DNA of 64,000 nt from Eledone cirrhosa (lineage: Eukaryota): assembly GCA_964016885.1 (NCBI GenBank), contig OZ024743.1, positions 362,948,001-363,012,000 on the forward strand, written 5' to 3'. The notes under the pieces were generated by a model, which was given only the letters and a program-made list of their open reading frames with translations, ran no database searches and was not told where the DNA came from. Both the position numbers and the translations under genes were made by a program. Positions 42,030 to 55,863 of the stretch are shown here, in pieces (position 1 is the stretch's first letter; each line of letters opens with the position of its first letter).

Positions 42030-45000
42030 CTCTTACTAGCACAAACACCACCACTATTACTACCACGACTAACATAACCACCACCACGACTACCACCACC
42101 ACTATTACTAGCACAAAAACCACCATCACCACCACCATTACCACCACGACTACCGTCACCACCATCACCACCACCATTACCACCACCACCACTACTATTA
42201 CTAGCACAAACACCACCATCACCACCACCATTACCACCACCACCACCAATATTACTAGCATAAACACCACCATCACCACCACCATTACCACCACACCGAC
42301 TACCATTACACCACCACCACCACTATTACTAGCATAAACACCACCATCACCACCACCATTACCACCACACCGACTACCATTACACCACCACCACCACTAT
42401 TACTAGCATAAACACCACCATCACCACCACCATTACCACCACACCGACTACCATTACACCACCACCACCACTATTACTAGCATAAACACCACCATCACCA
42501 CCACCATTACCACCACACCGACTACCATTACACCACCACCACCACTATTACTAGCATAAACACCACCATCACCACCACCATTACCACCACACCGACTACC
42601 ATTACACCACCACCACCACTATTACTAGCATAAACACCACCATCACCACCACCATTACCACCACACCGACTACCATTACACCACCACCACCACTATTACT
42701 AGCATAAACACCACCATCACCACCACCATTACCACCACACCGACTACCATTACACCACCACCACCACTATTACTAGCATAAACACCACCATCACCACCAC
42801 CATTACCACCACACCGACTACCATTACACCACCACCACCACTATTACTAGCATAAACACCACCATCACCACCACCATTACCACCACACCGACTACCATTA
42901 CACCACCACCACCACTATTACTAGCATAAACACCACCACACCGACCACCACCACCACCACCACCACTATTACTAGCATAAACACCACCATCACCACCACC
43001 ATTACCACCACACCGACTACCATTACCACCACCACCACCATTACCACCACACCGACCACCACCACCACCACCACCACTATTACTAGCATAAACACCACCA
43101 TCACCACCACCATTACCACCACACCGACTACCATTACACCACCACCACCACTATTACTAGCATAAACACCACCATCACCACCACCATTACCACCACACCG
43201 ACTACCATTACACCACCACCACCACTATTACTAGCATAAACACCACCATCACCACCACCATTACCACCACACCGACTACCATTACACCACCACCACCACT
43301 ATTACTAGCATAAACACCACCACACCGACCACCACCACCACCACCACCACTATTACTAGCATAAACACCACCATCACCACCACCATTACCACCACACCGA
43401 CTACCATTACCACCACCACCACTATTACCACCACACCGACCACCACCACCACCACCACCACTATTACTAGCATAAACACCACCATCACCACCACCATTAC
43501 CACCACACCGACTACCATTACACCACCACCACCACTATTACTAGCATAAACACCACCACACCGACCACCACCACCACCACCACCACTATTACTAGCATAA
43601 ACACCACCATCACCACCACCATTACCACCACACCGACTACCATTACCACCACCACCACTATTACCACCACACCGACCACCACCACCACCACCACCACTAT
43701 TACTAGCATAAACACCACCATCACCACCACCATTACCACCACACCGACTACCATTACACCACCACCACCACTATTACTAGCATAAACACCACCACACCGA
43801 CCACCACCACCACCACCACCACTATTACTAGCATAAACACCACCATCACCACCACCATTACCACCACACCGACTACCATTACACCACCACCACCACTATT
43901 ACTAGCATAAACACCACCATCACCACCACCATTACCACCACACCGACTACCATTACACCACCACCACCACTATTACTAGCATAAACACCACCATCACCAC
44001 CACCACCACTATTACTAGCATAAACACCACCACCACCACCACCACCACTATTACTAGCATAAACACCACCATCACCACCACCATTACCACCACACCGACT
44101 ACCATTACCACCACCACCACTATTACCACCACACCGACCACCACCACCACCACCACCACTATTACTAGCATAAACACCACCATCACCACCACCATTACCA
44201 CCACACCGACTACCATTACACCACCACCACCACTATTACTAGCATAAACACCACCATCACCACCACCATTACCACCACACCGACTACCATTACACCACCA
44301 CCACCACTATTACTAGCATAAACATCACCATCACCACCACCATTACCACCACACCGACTACCATTACCACCACCACCACCATTACCACCACACCGACCAC
44401 CACCACCACCACCACCACTATTACTAGCATAAACACCACCATCACCACCACCATTACCACCACACCGACTACCATTACACCACCACCACCACTATTACTA
44501 GCATAAACACCACCATCACCACCACCATTACCACCACACCGACTACCATTACCACCACCACCACTATTACCACCACACCGACCACCACCACCACCACCAC
44601 CACTATTACTAGCATAAACACCACCATCACCACCACCATTACCACCACACCGACTACCATTACCACCACCACCACTATTACTAGCATAAACACCACCATC
44701 ACCACCACCATTACCACCACACCGACTACCATTACCACCACCACCACTATTACCACCACACCGACCACCACCACCACCACCACCACTATTACTAGCATAA
44801 ACACCACCATCACCACCACCATTACCACCACACCGACTACCATTACCACCACCACCACTATTACTAGCATAAACACCACCATCACCACCACCATTACCAC
44901 CACACCGACTACCATTACCACCACCACCACTATTACCACCACACCGACCACCACCACCACCACCACCACTATTACTAGCATAAACATCACCATCACCACC

Positions 45001-48000
45001 ACCATTACCACCACCACCACCACTATTACTAGCATAAACACCACCATCACCACCACCATTACCACCACACCGACTACCATTACCACCACCACCACTATTA
45101 CTAGCATAAACACCACCATCACCACCACCATTACCACCACACCGACTACCATTACCACCACCACCACTATTACCACCACACCGACCACCACCACCACCAC
45201 CACCACTATTACTAGCATAAACATCACCATCACCACCACCATTACCACCACCACCACCACTATTACTAGCATAAACACCACCATCACCACCACCATTACC
45301 ACCACACCGACTACCATTACCACCACCACCACTATTACCACCACACCGACCACCACCACCACCACCACCACTATTACTAGCATAAACACCACCATCACCA
45401 CCACCATTACCACCACACCGACTACCATTACACCACCACCACCACTATTACTAGCATAAACACCACCATCACCACCACCATTACCACCACACCGACTACC
45501 ATTACCACCACCACCACTATTACCACCACACCGACCACCACCACCACCACCACCACTATTACTAGCATAAACACCACCATCACCACCACCATTACCACCA
45601 CACCGACTACCATTACACCACCACCACCACTATTACTAGCATAAACACCACCATCACCACCACCATTACCACCACACCGACTACCATTACCACCACCACC
45701 ACTATTACCACCACACCGACCACCACCACCACCACCACCACTATTACTAGCATAAACACCACCATCACCACCACCATTACCACCACACCGACTACCATTA
45801 CACCACCACCACCACTATTACTAGCATAAACACCACCATCACCACCACCATTACCACCACACCGACTACCATTACACCACCACCACCACTATTACTAGCA
45901 TAAACACCACCATCACCACCACCATTACCACCACACCGACTACCATTACCACCACCACCACTATTACCACCACACCGACCACCACCACCACCACCACCAC
46001 TATTACTAGCATAAACACCACCATCACCACCACCATTACCACCACACCGACTACCATTACACCACCACCACCACTATTACTAGCATAAACACCACCATCA
46101 CCACCACCATTACCACCACACCGACTACCATTACCACCACCACCACCATTACCACCACACCGACCACCACCACCACCACCACCACTATTACTAGCATAAA
46201 CACCACCATCACCACCACCATTACCACCACACCGACCACCACCACCACCACCACCACTATTACTAGCATAAACACCACCATCACCACCACCATTACCACC
46301 ACACCGACTACCATTACACCACCACCACCACTATTACTAGCATAAACACCACCATCACCACCACCATTACCACCACACCGACTACCATTACCACCACCAC
46401 CACTATTACTAGCATAAACACCACCATCACCACCACCATTACCACCACACCGACTACCATTACCACCACCACCACCACTATTACTAGCATAAACACCACC
46501 ATCACCACCACCATTACCACCACACCGACTACCATTACCACCACCACCACTATTACTAGCATAAACACCACCATCACCACCACCATTACCACCACACCGA
46601 CTACCATTACCACCACCACCACTATTACTAGCATAAACACCACCATCACCACCACCATTACCACCACACCGACTACCATTACACCACCACCACCACTATT
46701 ACTAGCATAAACATCACCATCACCACCACCATTACCACCACACCGACTACCATTACCACCACCACCACCATTACCACCACACCGACCACCACCACCACCA
46801 CCACCACTATTACTAGCATAAACACCACCACCACCACCACTATTACCACCACACCGACCACCACCACCACCACCACCACTATTACTAGCATAAACACCAC
46901 CATCACCACCACCATTACCACCACACCGACCACCACCACCACCACCACCACTATTACTAGCATAAACACCACCATCACCACCACCATTACCACCACACCG
47001 ACTACCATTACACCACCACCACCACTATTACTAGCATAAACATCACCATCACCACCACCATTACCACCACACCGACTACCATTACCACCACCACCACCAT
47101 TACCACCACACCGACCACCACCACCACCACCACCACTATTACTAGCATAAACACCACCATCACCACCACCATTACCACCACACCGACTACCATTACCACC
47201 ACCACCACTATTACTAGCATAAACACCACCATCACCACCACCATTACCACCACACCGACTACCATTACACCACCACCACCACTATTACTAGCATAAACAC
47301 CACCATCACCACCACCATTACCACCACACCGACTACCATTACCACCACCACCACTATTACCACCACACCGACCACCACCACCACCACCACCACTATTACT
47401 AGCATAAACACCACCATCACCACCACCATTACCACCACACCGACTACCATTACCACCACCACCACTATTACTAGCATAAACACCACCATCACCACCACCA
47501 TTACCACCACACCGACTACCATTACCACCACCACCACTATTACCACCACACCGACCACCACCACCACCACCACCACTATTACTAGCATAAACACCACCAT
47601 CACCACCACCATTACCACCACACCGACCACCACCACCACCACCACCACTATTACTAGCATAAACACCACCATCACCACCACCATTACCACCACACCGACT
47701 ACCATTACCACCACCACCACTATTACTAGCATAAACACCACCATCACCACCACCATTACCACCACACCGACTACCATTACCACCACCACCACCATTACCA
47801 CCACACCGACCACCACCACCACCACCACCACTATTACTAGCATAAACACCACCATCACCACCACCATTACCACCACACCGACTACCATTACCACCACCAC
47901 CACTATTACTAGCATAAACACCACCATCACCACCACCATTACCACCACACCGACTACCATTACCACCACCACCACTATTACTAGCATAAACACCACCATC

Positions 48001-48200
48001 ACCACCACCATTACCACCACACCGACTACCATTACCACCACCACCACTATTACTAGCATAAACACCACCATCACCACCACCATTACCACCACACCGACTA
48101 CCATTACCACCACCACCACTATTACTAGCATAAACACCACCGACTACCACCACACCGACTACCACCATTACCACCACCACCACTATTACTAGCACATACA
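42030..48200. repeat. (ACC)-derived 72/74-bp minisatellite with 39-bp partial units
   Basis: Unit (acc)4-actattactagcataaac-accaccatcaccaccaccattaccaccacaccgactaccatt(ac). Confidence 0.97.
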
Positions 48201-48727
48201 CCACAATCATCACCACCATTACCATCATCATCGTAAACAGCAATAACGATGACACCAGACAGTCAATGAAGAAGACGCGGGTAGGGGGAGAGAACCCCCT
48301 CATTCCACACCCAGATGTGGGTTATTAAAGCGGAAAACTGCTGACACCAATAGAAACTGTATGCTTTCTCAAGGAATGTAGCTGTGTAGTTTATCTCCGA
48401 ATTTTCACGACACGTGTCGGAAGAAGTTTTTGCTAAATCAGCGCTTTTAGGAATATTTCAGCAAGCTAGTTACAGATATCCATTACCAATTCTTAGACTG
48501 TTCGCCTTGTTGCTATTACAACAGCGACGTATCAAATTCTAACGACCCTCTTTTTTTCCGTTTGACCTAACTTTATAAATTCATTTTTGTAACCCTTTTA
48601 TTGCCAAACGTATATGTCTGTCTGTCTGTATGTATGTATGTAAGTATGTATGTATGTTAGGACTAAAAAGTCACACTCGTTCAGCGCATTGGTAGGGGTT
48701 CTCCTACATGGATATAAAGTAGTGGCC

Positions 48728-49037
48728 GTACTCGAAAACGAGTTGGCAGCCACCATGTATGTTAGTACGTATGTGTATTGGCATACATGCACACACAAAC
48801 TCTCTCTCACACATACACACACACACACGCGCACACTCTCTCTGTCTCATATATATATATATATATATACGTAAATGTGTGTGTATATATATATATATAC
48901 ATATATACATCCATGCATACACAGATATATGCATACACACAAACATGTATACACGCATACATACACACATACATACATACATACATACATACATACATAC
49001 ATACATACATGGTGGCTGCCAACTCTTTTTCGAGTAC
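48728..49037. repeat. 35-bp inverted repeat bracketing microsatellites
   Basis: gtactcgaaaacgagttggcagccaccatgtatgt (48728-62) versus its reverse complement at 49003-37, with 1 mismatch. Confidence 0.9.
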
Positions 49038-49110
49038 ACATACATACATAAGTATATATATGCCTTCACGCATATATGAGTGTGTATATGTATGTATCTG
49101 TATGTATGTA

Positions 49111-49176
<66 letters not shown>

Positions 49177-49294
49177 TACATATATATATATATACATAGA
49201 TATATATATTATACATCATTTATATGCGCACATACTCACACACACGCATATATGTGATATAAGTGAGATGGAGAGAGAGAGAAAGAGAGAGAGA

Positions 49295-49389
<95 letters not shown>

Positions 49390-49715
49390 ACCATCACCTA
49401 ACCTCAGCCTACTTAAAAAAGAACATTAATAAGATGCGCCCGCTCTTAAAAATACTGGTTCTCTGTGACATAATCTGTTTAAGAAAATGGTAGGGAAAAA
49501 ATCTCAAGCATTTTGTTAATCTAAATATAATACTATATGGCATCGCCATATCACATAACCTTGGCGGAAAAATTTCATTTTCGTGGGATCTGGTTTTTTT
49601 TTTTTAATAGTCGTACGATAGGCATATATACGCACGTGTGTTTTTTGTCATTTTTTGTCGATCCTTCCTTTTCTCACACTTTATTTTTTCTATTTCATCT
49701 TTTATTTCTAATTCT

Positions 49716-49752
49716 AACTTCTGATGAAGGATTAGTGTTCGAAACGTTAATA
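49716..49752 (+). ncRNA. Degenerate minimal hammerhead-like motif (Penelope terminal-repeat type)
   Basis: CTGATGA-a-ggat(tagt)gttc-GAAAC-GTT. Stem I pairs poorly. Confidence 0.35.
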
Positions 49753-50056
49753 CTCTTTTCCTGTTATTTCAAGCATTATATTAATATATTTTTTCATCGT
49801 AATGTGTTGTCTGCTTTGTTATTTTGTCTTTGAGGTATTGTATACGTTATAGTATGTAGTATATAGTTTTAAATGTATGTATATTTACAGTATTGTAGGG
49901 TGCGATAATTTCTTTATATAAAACTTGTAATCATTGGCTAAATGTTTAGAATGCTTACATTCTTTTGCCAGAATCTAAGCACTCTGTGACAAGTAAACAC
50001 TAATGTCAGTGCCTCATAATTCATAATAACAAACATTAGTCCCATCCTACTGTAAT

Positions 50057-50217
50057 AATTGTTTCTACTTTTGGCACAAGGCCAGCAATTACTCAGTGTA
50101 TTAGTGGTTCTTTATTTTATCGACCCCGTAAGGATGAAAGACAAAGTTAACCTCGGCGGGATTTGAACTCAGAATGGAAAGGGCTGTAACTCTTTGCGTC
50201 AAAGCATGGCGTCCGGA
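50057..50217 (-). mobile_element. SINE family A, 5'-truncated
   Basis: TSD tactgtaat (50048-56 / 50218-26). Confidence 0.9.
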
Positions 50218-50559
50218 TACTGTAATTGTGACATTTAATTTAACGATGGCGAAATTAATATTGCCATCGACGAAATTAGTATCAAGCAGAAGTCACAGCT
50301 TGTCAGATCAGGATATTGTTGAATTGTTGAATTGATCCACACTGCTCTGTATCAATAAATAGTATTCTTAAATTTCACTGGCTTTCTCCCTTTACCGGTA
50401 TATAGGCACAATGAGGAAGTACATTGAGCAACTACAACAAATCAGATCACTGCACAATAAAAGGTATTTCATTACCTTACAGCACTGAGGTTGCGTCTTC
50501 ATGAACCAGAGATTACTAAAGTAAACACAACGAAACACTGTTTTAGTAATCATATTACA

Positions 50560-50835
50560 TCGTACGGCAAAGATCGTCACAGACATGAGATTTTAATTCC
50601 AGTCCCATTGCGTGGTATCTTGGTTAAGAGTCCTTTACAATAGCCTCGCGTTGAACCAAACCTGTTGAGGAAAATTAGTTACACGGGAACTACTGTATAT
50701 GGAAGCTCGTTGAATGAAATTAACCTGTAATTCTAAGGTGCAACCTTGTCACACTGTGACACGCTGAATCCACAGGTGAATTTCGTTGAGGGTACACATA
50801 TCTGTGAAACAATTTACACGCTATTTCAATGAGTA
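50560..50835 (+). mobile_element. Old interspersed repeat (probable SINE), related to the 20550 copy
   Basis: Shared tgtaattctaagg block and layout. Confidence 0.5.
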
Positions 50836-51319
50836 TGTCATACATTTAATCGAAGAAACTGGTCTCATACGTCGTCTTACAATCGTAGAGTTCATCCATC
50901 ATTCTTAAGTCAACTTCATTGGAATTAATGAAGTGTTTTGAAGGGTATACAGATAATGAGAGAGGCGTAAGAAATTGACCGAAACAACAAAAATTGTACA
51001 GCTGTTGAATACAAACAAACAAAACTCAACCACTATTTATCTATTTGTATTTTTGCCCTATCCATAATTGGATCGTATTGTTGAGATACATTTTCCTGCA
51101 ATATATTTTTTATTTGCATGTTTTTTCTTTCTTTCTGTATTTTTATTTTTTTTAAACGACAAAAAATTTCTTAGTTATATTATTTTGTAAGCACTAACCG
51201 GGAACAATGGCCAGCTCGTGTTTATTTTAGTCCAAAAATAATTAAGGAGAAACAGTTCCTTTCTCCTCTTTCCCTACAAAATGAAAAATAAAACAATAAC
51301 ATTGAAACGAGGGAACTTT

Positions 51320-51377
51320 AAATATATATGTATATATATACATGTAGATGTTTGCGTATGTATATATATATATATAT

Positions 51378-51438
<61 letters not shown>

Positions 51439-51455
51439 GGTATATATATATACAT

Positions 51456-51502
<47 letters not shown>

Positions 51503-51568
51503 TATATATATATATATACATGTACATGTATGTATATATATATATACATATTTATGTATATAAATATG

Positions 51569-51599
<31 letters not shown>

Positions 51600-51610
51600 C
51601 CAAGCACACT

Positions 51611-51670
<60 letters not shown>

Positions 51671-51735
51671 CGTGTGCGTGTGTGTGTGTGTATGTGTGTG
51701 TGTTTGTGTGTGTGTATTCATACATACATACATCA
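51320..51735. repeat. (TA)n/(CA)n/(TG)n microsatellites
   Basis: Read directly. Confidence 0.95.
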
Positions 51736-51984
51736 ACGGTTTGAAGTAGATAAATTGTTTTAATAAAAAGTGAATTAAAAAATTATGAAACTGAATCGTA
51801 AAAGAATCGTCAGCAAAAAAATGTGAAACCAATAAGATTTAAACAAAGATTAACCCCACCAAACGTGGAAGTAAAAATACCTGATCCATTTAATATGTTT
51901 ACGGTGTGACAATATTAAATATATTTCATCTCCTATCTGTTTGATATGTGTTATAAGTTTTATCCTAGTGGATATGTTTATCAC

Positions 51985-52172
51985 GGTGAATTGGCAGTAT
52001 CAGTAGAGCATCAGACGCCTTGCTTTGCAGCATAGGGTTATGGCCCTTTACTTTCTGAGTTCATATCTCGCCAAGGTTAACTTTGCTTTTCATCCTTACG
52101 GGATCGATAAAATAAAGCACCAGTAATGCACTGGGGTAATTGCTGGCCCTGTGTCAAAGGTAGAAACAATTA
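51985..52172 (+). mobile_element. SINE family A
   Basis: Head, box B, core and tail recognisable, moderately diverged. Confidence 0.9.
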
Positions 52173-52445
52173 TAATTTAATCATGTTTAATGGATAAGAT
52201 TCCATTAAATTTATAATGCCATTTCATGCGAGTAAAATTTTTAAATCACGTATTTTGGATGATATTGCATTAGCTGTCAGTTTGGTGACATTACAGCACT
52301 TGCCTGATGATGGTGGTTAAGAGGAGTAAGATCAGGAGGAGAAGGAAGAGCAGGTTGGGGGTGGGGAAGATGGATTCTCCATCAGTTACACTGGTGAAAC
52401 AAGAATTTGTCAGCCATCGTAAAAATCGCAAGATCCTAAGACAAA

Positions 52446-52596
<151 letters not shown>

Positions 52597-52659
52597 ATAT
52601 ATATATGTAAAATAAGTAAGTCAAACATGTAAAATTTGGCTTCGTTTATTATAACTTCT

Positions 52660-52712
52660 CTGCTGTATATATTTCGGTGATAGCTATTATTGGCTGTGAC
52701 CTCTTCAGGCAG
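52660..52712 (-). ncRNA. Type I hammerhead ribozyme motif, U16.1 mutated (probably inactive)
   Basis: ctgc-CTGAAGA-ggtcacagc..gctatcacc-GAAA-tatata-CA-gcag. Confidence 0.6.
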
Positions 52713-52956
52713 TACGAATTAATGTGGAAAAGACAGGTAGACATGTTGTTGAAATGTGTTCCATTCTGTCAATTCATCGTTATGTCCAGCTCCTGGGTGT
52801 GTTGTTAGTCCTCCGAGGAACTAGAATTATATGGGCTAGACCAAACGAATTTCAGCGTCAGAGGACACACTCGTACCCATGGACATATCGATGAATTGAC
52901 AGAGTGGAACAGATTTCAACAACATGTTTACCTGTCTTTTCCACATTAATTTGTAC

Positions 52957-53007
52957 TGCCTGAAGAGGTCACAGCCAATAATAGCTGTCACTGAAATATA
53001 TATAGCA
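52957..53007 (+). ncRNA. Type I minimal hammerhead ribozyme motif with intact core
   Basis: tgc-CTGAAGA-ggtcacagc(caataata)gctgtcact-GAAA-tatata-TA-gca. Stem II 8/9 paired, palindromic stem III, predicted cut after 53004. Confidence 0.7.
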
Positions 53008-53235
53008 AAGAATTTATAATAAACGAAGCCAAATTTTACATGTTTGACTTACTTATTTTACATTACTCCGGAGTAAACAAATCAGCCTGCGTACTTCGCC
53101 GAGTGCTACAATCTGCATACTGAGGTGTCGGTAAACAACCAACATATACTCAATATATATATAACGAAGGAAGTGTGTCGATACTATGTGAAGTATAGTG
53201 GTTAATAGTAAAAAAGTCAGGACCCCGACAGCTGA

Positions 53236-53288
53236 GCTCCGGCCGTTTCGACAGCTAGTTCTGAACTAGCTGTCGAAACGGCCGGAGC
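53236..53288. repeat. Perfect palindrome, 26-bp arms with a 1-nt centre
   Basis: gctccggccgtttcgacagctagttc-T-gaactagctgtcgaaacggccggagc. Confidence 0.97.
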
Positions 53289-53431
53289 CGTCAATACTCA
53301 TCCTTTTCCATTTCTCCGAGGGTTCTTAACCACACTATCAGGCTAAATAATTTCTTTAATTTCTTTAGTCAAAATACGGCGATAACTTACATTTCTAATA
53401 ATTTCAAACCCACTCGCTGTTTCGAAATTAT

Positions 53432-53498
<67 letters not shown>

Positions 53499-53691
53499 CA
53501 TTTATACATACATACATGGACAAAGAGCACAGCTCCCTAATTCATAGACTACAAATGGCCGCGATATCTGGCACCTTCAAAATTTGAAAAACATTCTTGC
53601 GATTCAAGGGATGAATTTCCTTTCTTTTACAACCTCGACACCAGGAAGGTGGCCAGTCAAAAATGTACTCGAAATTAGGAGAAAGATAACA

Positions 53692-55540
53692 ACATACATA
53701 CATACATACATACATACATGAGGATTGCAGCATCTCCCGAGACGTTTGCCGTCTCTTACTGTTACTTTATTGTCATCCCATCCGCGTCCATGACTTCGTA
53801 GATGACGTTTTAGACCAGCTGCATATCCGCTTGGTTTATGACACAGATGACAAAAGGGAGTTGTGCTTTTCACAGGATTGGTGGGGTCAATTAGTGGGGT
53901 ACAATCTTTATGCACCACTATGTGTTTTTTTAGTCCGGAACTAGTTCTACACATTTTGTTGCATATCACGCACGTTGTTTCACCAGGTCTTTGTTGAATG
54001 ATGTTGCCCGTGGTTGTTCTTTCATGTGACTTCAGGTGATTTACGAAACCTACTTTTCATAGGAGTACACGTTGAGAGATTTCGCATGTCCAGCTACTGA
54101 TGTCTTCATCAAGACTGTGAAGATAGTCTTTCCAGAGCTGACGCTTCAGTTGTTTATGTTCTAGACGACAATCTTGAAACGTTTTGCAACTGCCCTTTAT
54201 ACACTTTCTGCACTCAGCCATATTTAGCGCTATCTTCTCCCAGTTGTCTATATCAAATGCTAATTCTTTGAGGTTGTTCGTGATGCTGTCCCTAAACCTC
54301 ATTTTCGGTGTATTGAGGGCTTTTTCCATGATGGCGCTGACCGTAAAACAGTTGTTTTGGGAACCTGTTATCTTTCATGCAGGCAATATGTCCTGTCCAG
54401 TGCATTTGAGATGTTACTAGAGACTCAATACTTGGAAATTCCGCTTTGTTAAGGACATCGATGTCAGGAGTTCTGTCTTGCAACTTTATGTTGAATATGC
54501 GCCTTAGACATTTCTGCTGAAAACGCTCAGGAAATTTGATATGTTTACGAAATAGCGTCCAGGTTTCGGAGGAGTATAAAAGAACAGACTGAATACATGA
54601 TCTATTCACACACATCTTGCAATTTTTGGTATATTGCGATTAGCCCAAACTTTCTTTTCCAATTTTCCGAAAGCAATATATGTATTTCAGCATCCAAGGA
54701 ACCATCATTTGACAGTGTGCTACTCAAGTTGACAAATTCATCTTCTACTCCCAATCTGGTTCAACCAACCATGATATGGGTTTCAGTACATGGTTCTCCA
54801 GGAGCAGAAGTAAACATTACTTTGGTCTTTTAAGTCTGATTGTAGGCTCAAATGCTATACACGAGGATGAGTAAACGGTCCATAAGGTGCTGCATGTCAG
54901 CTTCTGTGTGTGTTAGGAAGTCAGCATCGTCGACGTAAAGGTCTCTGATCAAAGCTTGAAAAGTTTTTGTTTTGGCATTAAACTTTCTTGAGTTGAAAAC
55001 CTTTCCAGCAGTTCTGAATGGTAAGAGAATACCTTTGTTACAATCATGGAAAGGATGTGTGAGAAAGGCAGCAAAGAAGATGGAGAAAAGCGTAGGAGCA
55101 GGAATATCACCTTGCTTTACCCCGTTGTCAATTGGGATTTCCCCAGATAGTTGACCATTAAGGTAACTTGAACTTTCATATTTCTGGGCAGCATACTCAC
55201 AAACGTGGGTGGGTATCCTACTTTTCCAAGTATTATCCAGAGTACATCTCTGTTAACCCTGTCAAAAGCTTTTGTTAGGTCGACAAAGATTTGATATAGG
55301 GGAACACGCTGTTCAATGAGTGTTTCTTGTATTTGTCTTAGAGAGAAAATTATGTCAGCTGTCCCTCTTCCTCCCCTAAAACCGCTCTGTGATTCTGGGT
55401 TAGCTATAGGACAGATATCCCTCTCCAGTCTGTTAAGCAAAAGTTTTGCGAGAACCTTATCAATAGCTTCCAACAAAGTGATACCACGGTAGTTGCCACA
55501 TATCAATGTTTCACCTTTGCCTTTATATGACGATAACAAT
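53692..55540 (-). mobile_element. 5'-truncated RTE-clade LINE pseudogene with C-terminal C2H2 fingers and (TATG)n tail
   Basis: GNYRGITLL, PESQSGFRGGRGT, FVDLTKAFD, GVKQG, YVDD, LLYSSETW and HWTGHIACM, spread over several frameshifted ORFs. Confidence 0.95.
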
Positions 55541-55574
55541 ACATACATACAAGTAGTTTAAACACAAGATTTAA

Positions 55575-55682
55575 TTCTTACGCGGTGTTTCGTCTTCAAG
55601 TACATATATATTACAGTAGATAGACATATATGTGTGTATATATACGGCAGTAGAGATGCACTTATAAGATTCATCAGAAAAA
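55575..55682 (-). ncRNA. Type I hammerhead-like motif with very long stem II
   Basis: tttt-CTGATGA-atctt.taagtgcat ... atgtacttg.aagac-GAAAC-accgc-GTA-agaa. First stem II pair is an A-C mismatch. Confidence 0.5.
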
Positions 55683-55795
55683 AATGATTTTCCTTAAAGA
55701 TGTTGCTGGAGGGAAAGTCCAATTCGTACGACAGCAAAGTATGCTTGAAGGTATAAGAACACATCAGCGTAAGAACACATCAGCGTTCATATTTG

Positions 55796-55857
<62 letters not shown>

Positions 55858-55863
55858 CTTTAT

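Larger units (their letters stand above)
52605..53063. repeat. 184-bp-arm inverted repeat (52605-52788 / 52880-53063); probable inverted Penelope-like terminal repeats
   Basis: Arms align by eye without gaps and with only scattered substitutions. Each contains a hammerhead motif. Confidence 0.9.

Noticed and set aside
30613-48303. Thr-rich mucin or Val/Gly-rich protein encoded by the ACC arrays
   Set aside because: Unit lengths of 38 and 74 and recurrent 1-nt deletions break frame. No splice sites or signal peptide are linked to them.
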